From positions 1,728,001-1,792,000 of the forward strand of contig OY970061.1 in assembly GCA_963705255.1 (NCBI GenBank): a stretch of DNA of 64,000 nt. The letters run 5' to 3'. The translations under genes and the position numbers were made by a program. Under the pieces are notes generated by a model, which was not told where the DNA came from, made no database searches, and saw only the letters and a program-made list of their open reading frames with translations. The DNA comes from an uncultured Methanoregulaceae archaeon (GTDB lineage Archaea; Halobacteriota; Methanomicrobia; Methanomicrobiales; Methanospirillaceae). This document shows positions 53,010 through 64,000 of this stretch, one piece after another (the stretch's first letter is position 1; each line of letters begins with the position of its first letter).

Positions 53010-53054
53010 GGGATTTCATGGGGGCGGTCAAGCCCTTTTGCCGGCATCTGCCCT

Positions 53055-53945
53055 CTATTTTTTGTTCAGTATCTTGGTGATCGCGTCGTCTGCCGCACGG
53101 CGCACGTAATCGTCCTTGTCCTCAAGCAGATTTTTCAGGGGTTCAAGTGCCTTTGCGTCACCGATGTTTCCCAGTGCATCCGCGGCCCCCCAGCGGACAT
53201 ACCAGTCGGGATTTTTGAGGGACTGGATGAGGGCGTCGACCGGGGCCCCGCTGCCCAGTTTGCCGAGTGCCCAGGAAGCCGGTACCTGGAGAAATGAATC
53301 CGATTCCTTCAGTGCCTTGCCAAGGCACACCGCCGCCTGTTTGTCCCCGATCTTGCCGAGTGCATCCGCGGCGCTCCAGCGGACATACCAGTCCTGGTCG
53401 TTGACGGACTGGATCAATGGTTCAACGGCACGCCGGTCACGGATCTCGCCGAGCGCCCATATTGCCCTGACCCTGACCCACCAGAGCGGGTCTTTCAGCG
53501 CAAGGATGAGGGGCCCGACCGCAGGATCGCCTATGAGGGAGAGGGCAAATGCACTTCGCCACTGGACATCGCTGTCTTCATCCCGGAGGGAGGCAATGAG
53601 CGGCTGGATGGACGGTTCACCGATCCTGGCCAGGACCAGGGTGGCATGCCACCGTAAATCATGATCATCGTCAGACAGCGCCCGGATGAGATGGGGGATT
53701 GCGACCTCGCCGATCGTCCCGAGAGCAAGCCCTGCGAGCCACCGGACATCCTGGTCGTTCTCCTTGAGTGCGCGGATCAGGGGTTTTACCGCGGGTTCCC
53801 CGATCTCCCCAAGGGCGAGTGCCGCTCTCCACCGGATCCCGAGGTTGGTATGCCGGATAGCCTTGATCAGGCCATCCATATCCATCCCGCTGGTGGTGTG
53901 GACAGAGTAGGCTTTTTTATCTGATATCAGGCCATTCGTATTCAC
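53055..53945 (-). CDS. HEAT/PBS-lyase repeat protein
   Basis: Repeated VRW.AA.ALG.IGD..AV.PLI.AL. Confidence 0.9.
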   Translation of the reverse strand: MNTNGLISDKKAYSVHTTSGMDMDGLIKAIRHTNLGIRWRAALALGEIGEPAVKPLIRALKENDQDVRWLAGLALGTIGEVAIPHLIRALSDDDHDLRWHATLVLARIGEPSIQPLIASLRDEDSDVQWRSAFALSLIGDPAVGPLILALKDPLWWVRVRAIWALGEIRDRRAVEPLIQSVNDQDWYVRWSAADALGKIGDKQAAVCLGKALKESDSFLQVPASWALGKLGSGAPVDALIQSLKNPDWYVRWGAADALGNIGDAKALEPLKNLLEDKDDYVRRAADDAITKILNKK

Positions 53946-54221
53946 TATTTCCTCTCCTGCTCTGCGCTATCCGGATATCAATTGAACGAATTGTATACCA
54001 TGTATCGATATTTTTGCAAACGTACGGGCCCGGCCAGATAGAAGATAGAATGACTCTGTATAGAACTGATGATTGGTGCCAGCCGGGTTATATACCTATT
54101 GGGAATAGTTTGCCTGGAGCAGGGTGTGTGAAATACCCGGATCTTCCTGATGAAAACCTGCCCTCCGGTATCCCAATCTATATACCTGTGACGGCTGAAC
54201 CAGAACATGCGGCGAACCTGC

Positions 54222-55876
54222 ATGAAAGAAGTATCGGTTTTGATTGGCGGGAAGGCGGGAGATGGCATCAACAGTGCCGGCTCGATGGTAGCCCAGCTGC
54301 TGAACCACCTGGGGTACCGGATTTACCTGTACTTCGACTACCCCTCCCTGATCCGGGGCGGTCATAATTTTACGGTCGTCAGAGGCTCAGAACAGGATAT
54401 CGGGAGCTGCAGGGATACTCTCGATTTCATTCTTGCCCTCAACCAGGAGACCATCGCCCGGCACCGGGAGCGGCTCGAACCCGGAGCATGCGGTCATTTT
54501 CAATGCTGACCTGGTGAAATCTGACGGCCAGGGTGTCCCGGTAAAGTCCGTCCTCGAAGCTGAGCATGCCCCGGGCATCATGGGCAATTCCGCGATCATC
54601 GGGGGATTTGCAAAAGCAGCGTCTATCGAATGGGAGACGGTTGAAGCGGTGTTCAGGGCCCACATCCCGAAAGGTGTGGACCTCAATCTCAAGGTGGCGC
54701 GGCGGGCCTACGACCAGCTCCAGCCGGCCCGGAAGATCAGCCGGTGCGACAGCCCTGCACTGCCTCTCCTGAGCGGCAACGAAGCGATCGGTCTCGGGAT
54801 GGTCAGGGGAGGGCTCGAGGCCTATATATCGTACCCGATGACGCCGTCCTCCAGTCTCCTCCATTTCCTTGCGGAAGAGCAGGAACGGCTGGGAATCACC
54901 GTCGTGCACCCGGAGAACGAGATTGCGGTCATCCTCATGGCGCTTGGTTTCTCCTGTGCCGGGAAACGCACGGCGGTGGGCACATCCGGTGGGGGGTTCT
55001 GCCTGATGTCGGAAGGGCTTTCCTTTGCCCGGCATGGCCGAACTCCCTGTCGTGCTCGTGGTCTCCCAGCGGACCGGGCCTTCCACCGGTCTCCCGACCT
55101 ATACCGGGCAGTCCGATCTCCGGTTCATCCTCAATGCCGGCCAGGGAGAGTTCCCGCGGCTGATCGTCGCTCCCGGCAATGCACAGGAGGCGCTCTCCTG
55201 GTCGGCCGTTGCCGTTGACCTGGCATGGAAATTCCAGATCCCTGCGTTCATCCTGGCTGACAAGACGCTTTCCGAAGGGACCTACAGTGTGAACGACGTC
55301 GAGACCGGGCCACGGGGGCACGGTGAATTTTTGCCATGGGACCAGGCCGCACCGTACCGCCGGTATGCAGATTCCCCATCAGGTATCTCGCCGCTCGCCT
55401 TCCCGGGCACGAAGGGAGCGGTTGTCAAGGTGAACAGCTACGCCCATGACGAAGCGGGCATTACGACGGAGGAAGCGCCGATGGTTGAGAAGATGACCGA
55501 GAAGCGGCTGCGGAAATGGGAAGGGCTTGCGGCAGAGATGGAGAGGTACCCTGCGCTCAATGTCCTGGGCAATACTGCTGCTTCCACCGCCCTCCTCTGC
55601 TGGGGGTCGACCCGGTGCGTATGCACGGAGGTTGCGGCACAGCTCGGCCTGAAGGTGGTCCAGCCCGTGGTCCTCTCGCCCCTCCCGGTAGAGCGGTTGA
55701 AAACAGCGCTCCGGGGAGTTGAGCGGCTGATTGCGGTCGAGGAGAATGCAACAGCGCAACTGGTCGCGCTTATCGAACGGGAGGGAATACGTGCTGACAA
55801 GAAAATCCTCCGGTATGACGGCCGTCCCTTTACGGTCGACGAACTTGTACGCAGGGTGAGCGGGGTGATCGCATGA
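54222..55876 (+). CDS. 2-oxoacid:ferredoxin oxidoreductase alpha subunit (gamma-alpha fusion); frameshifts ~54485, ~55030
   Basis: GGKAGDG, SLIRGGHN, YPMTPSS, QRTGPSTGLPT. Confidence 0.9.
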
Positions 55877-56724
55877 CCGGGCGTCCAATCATCACCGATA
55901 CCCAGAATACCTGGTGCCCGGGATGCGGCAACTTCTCGATCCAGTTCACGCTCAAGAACATCCTGACCGAGCTCGAGCAGGAAGGCAGGTCCCTTGACGA
56001 CGTCGTGCTCGTCTCCGGGATCGGCTGCCATGCAAAGATCGCCGACTACCTGAACATCAACAGTTTTTACTCCCTCCACGGCCGCACCATCCCTGCTGCA
56101 ACCGGGATCAAACTCGCGAATCCCCGCCTTACCGTAATCTGCTGTTCCGGTGACGGCGATTCCTATGCCGAGGGCCTCGACCACCTCATCTTCGCGGCAA
56201 AACGCAACATCGACATCACGGTCATCGTCCACAACAACCGTGTCTACGGGCTCACCACGGGCCAGTATACCCCCACGTCCCCGCTGGGGTTCAAGGGGAA
56301 GTCCACGCCTGCAGGCACCCTCGAGTACCCGTTCAACCCGCTCGAACTGATGCTCGCAAGCGGGGCAACCTATGTGGCACGGGGGTATACCCGGAAGATG
56401 GACCAGCTGAAGGGCCTGATCAGGGAAGGGATCGCTCACCGTGGGTTCTCCTTCATCGACACACTCCAGATCTGCGCCACCTTCTTCCCGGCCGCCGACT
56501 ATTACACGCCGAGGGTATACGATCTTGCCGATCATGATACATCCAGCTTTGAAGATGCCTGCCTGAAGGCCAGGGAATGGGATTACAACAGCGACGCCCC
56601 CATAGCGCTCGGGGTGTTGTACCAGAAAAAGTTCCCGACATTCGACGAGCGGATGGCAAGGAAAGAGATGAGCCGTGAGGACCGGGAACGGGCAATCCGG
56701 GAACTTCTTGCAGCAAGGGCATGA
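55873..56724 (+). CDS. 2-oxoacid:ferredoxin oxidoreductase beta subunit
   Basis: WCPGCG, SGIGC, GDGD, NNRVYGLT. Confidence 0.93.
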   Translation: MTGRPIITDTQNTWCPGCGNFSIQFTLKNILTELEQEGRSLDDVVLVSGIGCHAKIADYLNINSFYSLHGRTIPAATGIKLANPRLTVICCSGDGDSYAEGLDHLIFAAKRNIDITVIVHNNRVYGLTTGQYTPTSPLGFKGKSTPAGTLEYPFNPLELMLASGATYVARGYTRKMDQLKGLIREGIAHRGFSFIDTLQICATFFPAADYYTPRVYDLADHDTSSFEDACLKAREWDYNSDAPIALGVLYQKKFPTFDERMARKEMSREDRERAIRELLAARA

Positions 56725-56815
56725 CGTGAGCTGCCGCAGGTTCCCCCGCAGACCTCATGGCAACAGACATCTGGTGGGAGAACATACCGGTAATCCGTCT
56801 TGATACCGTGATGAC

Positions 56816-57661
56816 ATGAACCAGAGTGATGCTGCCTCCCGGAAAGAACTGGCCGGAACGCCCCCTACGACGTTTATTCAGCCGGTGCTGAGGCTGCTGG
56901 TGATCCCGCTCCTGGTGTACAGCATCTGGCTCATGGAGATCTTTTTGCTGGAGGGTAATGTACGCCTCTTCTCGCGACCCGACTCCGCGGGACTTGTCAT
57001 CTATACGCTCGTGGCATGCATCCTGATAGGATCGGTTGTCCCGCTCTTCCTCATCCGCCGCTCCTTTCTTTCCGGCGCAGTGAACCTGTTCCAGATCGGG
57101 TTCCGGTCAGCCCGGCGCGCCGTTCTTATCTGTGCAGTAACCCTTGCCATCTGTTCGGTGGCGGTTGTCCTTTTCATCCCGCCGGGGATGGACAGCCAGT
57201 CCTTTTTCCGGGTATTCCTGCTCCTCCTTCCCACCGGGGTTGCTTCGGTCATGGTCTGCTGGGTGCTGGTCGGGACCCATGTCCAGGCGCTTGTCCGCGG
57301 CAGCGGGGCACTGGCCTCCATCTGCGCCGGCGTCGTGGTGACTTCACTGCTGTTTGGTATTGTCCCCCTTGTCCAGACCCCGGGGGTCCTGCCGCAGGAA
57401 ATGACCCTCTGGCACATCGGTTCGGGGATCATCGCCGCGCTCTTCTTTTTTTCCGTGCGGGATGTCTATGCAACCAGCATCGTCGCCACCGTACTCATGG
57501 TATTCCCGGTGACCGCCGGGAGCGGTATCATATATCCCGGTTACGCGATGACACCGGTCCTGCTCTCTGCGGCCATCTCGCTGGGGACCCTGATCGGGAT
57601 CCACTGGTACCTGTCCCGGAATTTTGTCACGATTGCTGTTCCGGAGATGCAGCGGACATAG
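56816..57661 (+). CDS. Multi-TM hypothetical membrane protein
   Basis: About 8 hydrophobic segments. Confidence 0.7.
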   Translation: MNQSDAASRKELAGTPPTTFIQPVLRLLVIPLLVYSIWLMEIFLLEGNVRLFSRPDSAGLVIYTLVACILIGSVVPLFLIRRSFLSGAVNLFQIGFRSARRAVLICAVTLAICSVAVVLFIPPGMDSQSFFRVFLLLLPTGVASVMVCWVLVGTHVQALVRGSGALASICAGVVVTSLLFGIVPLVQTPGVLPQEMTLWHIGSGIIAALFFFSVRDVYATSIVATVLMVFPVTAGSGIIYPGYAMTPVLLSAAISLGTLIGIHWYLSRNFVTIAVPEMQRT

Positions 57662-57948
57662 GTGTCATGTGTTTTCCAGCACCGCCCGGTTGAGCACCTG
57701 CGGGAAGAACAGAGAGCAGGAAGCAGGCCGTCCTGCCCGGGCACGCCGATCACGTTTGACCGGACGGTACAACCAGCTGTCCATCCTCTGAAAAGGTGAT
57801 GAACCTCGGCTGGCTTTCGTGGACGTCTGATGAAAAAGTCACGGACTTTTTATGCCCGGTGTGAGCGGTTCCGGGACGGGCAGGAACACCGGCAGATGGT
57901 GGGGAGGTACAAACCATTAATTTCCCTTGCGGAATATGATAGGTAGGA

Positions 57949-58542
57949 ATGCTGGAATTCGCTCTTTCCCCCGGTATTTTTGCGTTTGTCATTGTACCCC
58001 TCCTGATATTCTGCGCCCGGGTCTGCGACATGAGCCTTGACACCATCCGGGTCATCTTCATGTCGAAGGGGATCCAGTACCTCCCGCCATTCATCGGGTT
58101 CTTCGAGGTTATCATCTGGCTCGTGGCCATCGGGCAGGTCATGAACAACCTGACCAATTTTGTCTGTTACATTGCGTACGGCGGAGGGTTTGCCACCGGC
58201 ACGTTCGTCGGCATGGCCATCGAGGAGAAACTCTCGCTTGGCCTGACCAGCGTACGCATCATCACCAAGGAAGACCCGTCGGAACTGATGCAGTTCCTGC
58301 GCTCCCACAATTACGGGGTCACGAGCATTGACGGGGAAGGGAGCACCGGCAGGGTGAAGATGGTCTTCACCATCATCAAGCGGCAGGACCTCCGGCACGT
58401 TGTCGGCATCATCAAGGACTTCCACCCGAATGCTTTCTATTCCATCGAGGAAGTGAAATCGGTTGCCGAAGGAGTCTTTCCCGCACGGAATTCCCATCGC
58501 ATCTTCCGGTGGCTCGATACGTTCAGTTCCGGACCGAAATGA
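57949..58542 (+). CDS. DUF2179/DUF5698 membrane protein
   Basis: ARVCDMSLDTIR, GFFEVIIW, AYGGGFATG. Confidence 0.88.
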   Translation: MLEFALSPGIFAFVIVPLLIFCARVCDMSLDTIRVIFMSKGIQYLPPFIGFFEVIIWLVAIGQVMNNLTNFVCYIAYGGGFATGTFVGMAIEEKLSLGLTSVRIITKEDPSELMQFLRSHNYGVTSIDGEGSTGRVKMVFTIIKRQDLRHVVGIIKDFHPNAFYSIEEVKSVAEGVFPARNSHRIFRWLDTFSSGPK

Positions 58543-58906
58543 CGATAACGGTGAAGGGACGCCGGAATTTCTGAAAACTCAGGCAGACCGGCAGAACGTC
58601 GTCGAAACCTATTTTTTTAATCATCGGCCGCGATAATAATTTTTAGAGGATTTAGTCATATCAATCATATAATACCCAATAAAATTTATCCTGTTTATGA
58701 GATATTCCTGACCCCCCCCCGCAACAAAGAACTGCCTGCCCGTGGCGGCAGTTCGACTTGTGGGGGGTTGGGGGGCGTTCTTATCCTAAACGTGGGGTTC
58801 AAGATGTGTTCTCCCGATGGCCCTGTAGTGCACGCAGGATCATGCACAACCGGCCCGACCAATACCTTCTTTTTCTTTCAGGATGACGATGACACAGGGA
58901 ATTCGT

Positions 58907-60173
58907 ATGCCGATACTGAGGATCCATGTCGAAAATTTCAAGAGTTTTTCCTTCGTCGATGTTGAGCTCTCCCGGTTCAATGTCGTGATCGGTTCCAATG
59001 CGGCAGGAAAGTCCAACTTCACGTCCATCTTCCGGTTCCTGCACGACATTGCCTCCCACGGGCTCGTCAACGCGATCGCCATGCAGGGGGGCGCGGAATA
59101 CCTCAGGAACGCAAAGATCGGCACAGAACGGGACCTTGCCATCAGGGTGGTATACCAGCCGGACATGGCGATGGAGGTCGTCGATACCGGGCAAAGAGAC
59201 CTCCCGCTGCTGGGCCTGAGGGCCTGCGAGTCGTCCTACGAGTTCGCGATCAGGTTCGGCGGGGAGGGGGACGATTTTGTCATAACCCGGGACCGGCTCG
59301 TGATCGGCTGCATGGTCTCCGCCTGTGAATGTACCGGGAGAGAGACCGTGGAGAAAGAAGCTCTCGGCCACGCGGAGATCCGGGTCTCGTGCGAAAGCGG
59401 CGAGGTTCACTACGAGGTGGATCTGCCCGGGGGGTGCTGTCTTACCCGGGACGAGATCATCCCGGTCCTGTTCCGGAACAAACGCCTGCCAAAAAGGACC
59501 CTCCTCCTCGAAACGATCTACGGCTCCCCGATTCCGCACCTGGACCGGTTCTTCGACAGGATCGCCATCTATGACATCGACCCGAAACTGCCGAAAAAAG
59601 GGGTCGTGATCACCGGGAAACGCGGAGCTCGAGGCAGACGCGGGAAACCTGGCCCTTGTCGTCAAGACCATCCTCGGGGACCCGGAAAAGAAGAGGAAAT
59701 TTTCCAACCTCCTCCGGGATATCCTGCCGTTCGTAGAGGAGGTTTCCGTCCAGAAGTTCATGGACGTCTCGCTCATCCTTACCCTCCGCGAACGCTATAC
59801 CAGGAACCGCGACCTGCCCGCCTCCTCGTTGTCGGACGGGACGATCACCATCTTTGCGCTGATCGTCGCCCTCTATTTTGAGGACAAACCCTTCATCATC
59901 ATCGAAGAACCGGTGAGCCACATCCACCCGTTCCTGGTCTCGCGGGTGATCGCCATGATGAAAGAAGCATCGGCGCAGAAGCAGATCATGGTCACCACGC
60001 ACAGCACGGAAGTGGTCAAGTACGCGTCCCCGGACGACCTCCTCCTCATCTCCCGCGACAGCGAGGGGTTTTCCCTGGTCTCCCGTCCTTCGGACAAGGA
60101 GGAGATCAGGACGTTTCTTGAAAACGAGATAGGGATAGAGGAACTGTTCGTCCAGAACCTGCTGGGAATGTGA
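58907..60173 (+). CDS. ABC/AAA_21-type ATPase; frameshift ~59621
   Basis: ENFKSF, Walker A GSNAAGKS, signature LSDGT, IEEP, TTHS. Confidence 0.85.
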
Positions 60174-60713
60174 ATGAAAAAGCGCCTGTTCGTCATGGTC
60201 GAGGGAGCGGACGACGTCCGGTTTTTCGGCCGTATCGTAAAACCCCTCTTCGCACCTCAGTATGATTCGGTCGAGATCGTCCCGTATGCCTGCATCAAGC
60301 GCGAGAAGGTGAACAAGTTCTTGAAAAGCGTCGGCCTGATGAAGAGCGACTACATCTTCGTCGCGGATATCGATTCCGAACATTCGGTAGGAGACAAAAA
60401 ACAGATCCTCTATCACCGCTTCAGCAATGTAGACGGCGGCAGCATCGTGGTTGTCATCATGGAGATCGAGAGCTGGTATTATGCAGGGATTACCGGGACT
60501 GTAGCGCAGGAACTGGGCATTGCGGAGATGCCATCCACGGATGAGCTCACGAAGGAGGATTTCAATGCCCGCATCCCCCGCAGATTCGATTCACGGATTG
60601 ATTTCATGTTCGAGATTCTCAAGTCCTTTTCCCTCGAAACGGCTGACCGGAAGAACCAGTCGTTCCACTTTTTTGTCAACCGCTACTGGATTTATAAAAG
60701 CCCTGAGGCGTAA
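60174..60713 (+). CDS. TOPRIM-like partner protein (DUF4276/DUF4435-like)
   Basis: VEGADD, ADID, EIESWY; starts immediately after the ATPase stop. Confidence 0.7.
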   Translation: MKKRLFVMVEGADDVRFFGRIVKPLFAPQYDSVEIVPYACIKREKVNKFLKSVGLMKSDYIFVADIDSEHSVGDKKQILYHRFSNVDGGSIVVVIMEIESWYYAGITGTVAQELGIAEMPSTDELTKEDFNARIPRRFDSRIDFMFEILKSFSLETADRKNQSFHFFVNRYWIYKSPEA

Positions 60714-60817
60714 CACGGCCCGGTGAATTGCCGCTGTTCCCTTTTGTTGGCATAATCGAAACCATTTTTAAAACCTGACGCTATTCTCTTATGCCCAGAA
60801 ACAAAGGAGGAGATTGT

Positions 60818-60979
60818 ACGGACAGATACGTATGCACGATATGCGGGCATGGATATGAACCGGAGAAGGGCGATCCTCTCCAGGATATCTCTCACGGAAC
60901 AGATTTCAAAAATCTTCCGGATGACTGGCAGTGTCACGTCTGTTTTCCGGGAAAGAAATTATTCACCAGGGAGTGCTGA
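60818..60979 (+). pseudogene. Rubredoxin with ACG in place of ATG (degenerate, error or non-canonical start)
   Basis: GGAGG then ACG-DRYVCTICGHGYEPEKGD...LPDDWQCHVC. Confidence 0.7.
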
Positions 60980-60987
60980 ACGGTTCT

Positions 60988-62172
60988 ATGGTATCGCGTG
61001 AAATAACCAGGGGGATCTCCTGGGTCGGGGCCCTTGACTTCGACCGGAGAATTTTTGACGAACTGATCCCGCTCCCTGATGGCACGAGTTACAACTCATA
61101 CCTCGTCAGGGGCAGCGAGAAGACTGCGCTGATCGATACGGTTGATCCCACCAAGGAAGAAGACCTGATCCTGAACCTCATAAAACTTGGCGTGGACCGG
61201 ATCGATTATGTGGTCATCAACCATGCGGAACAGGACCATTCCGGTGCCCTCCCGATGCTCCTCGAAATGTGCCCGCAGGTAAAAGTGGTGACCAATGAGA
61301 AGTGCCGGGACCTTCTCGTCGCCATGCTGCAGATCCCTCCCGGGAGCGTTCAGGTGATCAGGGATGGCGAGACCCTCTCGCTCGGGGATAAGACACTCCG
61401 GTTCTTCATGACACCCTGGACGCACTGGCCCGAAACCCAGATCACGTTCCTGGAGGAGGATAAAATCCTGTTCCCCTGCGATCTTTTCGGGTTCCACATG
61501 GCGTCAAGCGAGCTGTACGTAACCGATGAAGCAGCAGCCTGCCGCTCGGCAAAACGGTATTATGCCGAGATCATGATGCCGTTCCGGAACAGTATCAAGG
61601 GATATGTGGAGAAGGTGAGGGGCCTCAACCCCACCATGATCGCGCCCAGCCACGGCCCGATACACCGCAACCCGAAGTTCATTCTCGATGCATATGCCGA
61701 CTGGGTATCGGACAGCGTAAAAAATGAGGTCGTGATTCCCTACGTCTCCATGCACGGGAGCACGAAGAAGATGGTGGAACATCTCACAGGGGCGCTCATC
61801 GAACGGGGAATAAACGTGAAACCCTTCAACCTCACGCACACCGATATCGGCGAGCTTGCGCTCGCGCTCGTAGACACGGCGACGATCGTTGTCGCAACGC
61901 CAACGGTGCTCTTCGGGCCCCACCCGCAGATCATCAACGCGACGTACCTGGCAAACCTCCTGAAGCCCAAGGTGCGGTTCGCCTCGGTCATCGGGTCCTT
62001 CGGCTGGGGGGGAAAATCGGCAGAGACGATTGTGAAGATGCTGGACCATGTCAGGGTTGAAGTCCTTGAACCGGTCGTAATCAAGGGGATGCCGGATGAG
62101 GCAGCGATCGTGGCGCTCAACCGGCTTGCAGACGACATACTGAAAAAGCACAAGGAGATCAATATCGCGTAA
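60988..62172 (+). CDS. fprA: Flavodiiron protein (FprA family)
   Basis: GTSYNSY, HAEQDH, HWPE, PSHG, flavodoxin SMHGST. Confidence 0.92.
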   Translation: MVSREITRGISWVGALDFDRRIFDELIPLPDGTSYNSYLVRGSEKTALIDTVDPTKEEDLILNLIKLGVDRIDYVVINHAEQDHSGALPMLLEMCPQVKVVTNEKCRDLLVAMLQIPPGSVQVIRDGETLSLGDKTLRFFMTPWTHWPETQITFLEEDKILFPCDLFGFHMASSELYVTDEAAACRSAKRYYAEIMMPFRNSIKGYVEKVRGLNPTMIAPSHGPIHRNPKFILDAYADWVSDSVKNEVVIPYVSMHGSTKKMVEHLTGALIERGINVKPFNLTHTDIGELALALVDTATIVVATPTVLFGPHPQIINATYLANLLKPKVRFASVIGSFGWGGKSAETIVKMLDHVRVEVLEPVVIKGMPDEAAIVALNRLADDILKKHKEINIA

Positions 62173-62392
62173 AAGAGTGGTGCGCCGGAATGACATCCAT
62201 GTCCGAAGGGTACATACGTGCAGATATCTGAATTGCAGCTGAATTTTTTTAAAGAAGGAATCATCGGCCGGGATGATGCGAAGATGCATTCCCGGGTTCC
62301 CCGGCGATGATCCTCCGCCTCTTCCCGCAACACAACTTTACTTTTGTTAACATCAGGAGATCTAATATAAATTGCCATCCCATAGTATCCTG

Positions 62393-63206
62393 ATGAAGCA
62401 GGTCGCCCTGTATGGTAAAGGGGGTATCGGGAAGTCCACGACTTCGGCGAACATGTCGGCAGCGCTCTCCGGCATGGGACTTTCCGTCCTGCAGATCGGC
62501 TGCGATCCCAAGCGGGACAGCACGCGGATGCTGATGCAGGGTGTATTTATCCCCACGGTCATGGACCTGGTCCGGACCCGGGGCGAAGCGGCCCTCTCTC
62601 TTGATGACATCGTCTATACCGGCTACAATGGCGTCCGGTGTGTCGAAGCAGGAGGGCCCGAGCCCGGTGTCGGCTGTGCCGGCCGCGGTATCATTGCGAC
62701 GTTCCAGCTTCTGGAGAAGTTCGGCGCACTCACGGGCGACGTGATTGTGTACGATGTCCTCGGGGACGTGGTCTGCGGCGGGTTTGCCATGCCCATGAGG
62801 CAAGGCTACGCCCAGGAGATCTACCTGGTCACCTCCGGGGAGATGATGTCCCTCTATGCAGCAAACAATATCTGCAAGGCGATCCAGCGGCTCTCCTTAC
62901 GGGTGAAGAGCAAATGCCGCCTTGCCGGTATCATCTGCAACGCGAAGGGCCAGCCCCGCGAAGAGGAGCTCGTGACCGAGTTTGCCCGGCGGGTGAACAG
63001 CTCGCTCGTGCAGTACATCCCCCGCGATCATATCGTCCAGCTTGCCGAAGTCAACCGCCAGACGGTGATCGAATACAGCCCTGATTCGGACCCAGGCCGG
63101 GCAGTACCGCTCCCTTGCCAGGCATGTCATGGAGAATACCCGGATGTCGATCCCCAGCCCCCTTGAAATCGATGAACTCGAATCCCTTATCCGTGAATTC
63201 TTCTAG
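62393..63206 (+). CDS. NifH-like Fe protein (nitrogenase-like); frameshift ~63091
   Basis: [40 protein letters not shown]; corrected tail [10 protein letters not shown]. Confidence 0.9.
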
Positions 63207-64000
63207 GCTCGGGGGCTGTACCCTGACCGGGGCTCTCTCGGTGACCTCCCATGTCAGCGATGCCGTAAGTATCGTGCACGGCCCCAAAGGGTGCACCCAC
63301 CACAATTTCTCCCTGCTCCACGCAACCTGGCTTGACAACGGGCAGGTCATGGCACCCGGACTCTTCTCAACAGGTCTCCGGGAAAACGACATTGTTTTTG
63401 GCGGTGAGAAGGCACTTGAACAGGCACTGGCGAAGGCAGCTGACCGGGACGTGCATGCCATTTTCGTATTATCTACCTGCATCGTCGACACCATCGGTGA
63501 CGACGTAGACGCCGTGTGTGCCGGGGATTACGGGATACCGGTCATTCATGTCCCCACGGCCGGGTTCCTCGGGGGGACCTTCCAGGATGGTCTGAACAAT
63601 GCCCTCATCGCCCTTGCGGGGACCGCCGGGCCCTGCCCGAAGGGGAGGGGTGTCAACATTATCGGCGAGATGAACCTCGAGTATGAAGTGGGAGCGAATT
63701 ATGCCGAGGTCTCCCGTCTGCTCTCCGGGCTGGGACTGGCAGTGAACCTGCGGTTCGTGCATGCCATCACCTTCGGAGAATTTTCCCTGCTCGGTGCGGC
63801 CCGGCTCAACATCCTCAGGAACCCTTCGCTTGTCCCCGTTGGGGAATACCTGCAGAAGAGGTTTGGAACTCCGTTCATCGCCTCGTTTCCCCACGGCCTG
63901 TCAGGCACTCTCTCTTTTATCCGGTCAGTAGCGGAAGCCTGCGGGATTGACGGGGCATGTGCAGCCGAACGTGAAAAGGCCCTCCAGGACGAGATGATAG
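63193..64000 (+). CDS. Nitrogenase component-1-like (NifD/K-like) protein, truncated by the window end
   Basis: GTG start; [25 protein letters not shown]. Confidence 0.85.
   Translation, partial: MNSSRLGGCTLTGALSVTSHVSDAVSIVHGPKGCTHHNFSLLHATWLDNGQVMAPGLFSTGLRENDIVFGGEKALEQALAKAADRDVHAIFVLSTCIVDTIGDDVDAVCAGDYGIPVIHVPTAGFLGGTFQDGLNNALIALAGTAGPCPKGRGVNIIGEMNLEYEVGANYAEVSRLLSGLGLAVNLRFVHAITFGEFSLLGAARLNILRNPSLVPVGEYLQKRFGTPFIASFPHGLSGTLSFIRSVAEACGIDGACAAEREKALQDEMI

Noticed and set aside
57787-57832. C/D-box sRNA or fourth fluoride aptamer (CTGA-aaag-GTGATGA...CTGATGA)
   Set aside because: No P1 or pseudoknot complementarity; no clear upstream C box and guide spacing is too long.
62304-62322. 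GGCGATGATCCTCCGCC resembling a fluoride aptamer 5' end
   Set aside because: Lacks AACCGC and the GCTRATRAC 3' half.

Overview
Archaeal chromosome segment, most likely a Methanomicrobiales methanogen of the Methanoregula type (archaeal histone, TBP, RadA, RPA, DUF1890/DUF1894, REC-PAS-HATPase hybrid kinases). About 16 genes, including radA, RPA, lysA and korA, are split by 1-nt indels that look like long-read consensus errors, so split ORFs are merged below. Layout: 0.3-13 kb, secreted/surface-protein cluster; 13-17 kb, HTH regulator plus four GWCP-motif (DUF1673-like) membrane genes; 17-29 kb, signalling genes, TBP and thiamine-related genes; 30.8-36 kb, Ig-like surface-protein cassette bracketed by a ~400-bp hairpin-rich direct repeat; 43-64 kb, mostly housekeeping and redox genes, an ABC-ATPase/TOPRIM pair and a nitrogenase-like pair. 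The standout is a 36.2-42.8 kb island with three fluoride (crcB-motif) riboswitches, recognised by eye. Two sit back-to-back, each ahead of a dynamin-like GTPase (one via an enolase remnant). The third precedes a prenyltransferase-fold + Zn-ribbon/HEAT + HTH operon. No fluoride exporter is seen in the window. Family names come from motif recognition only; no searches were run.
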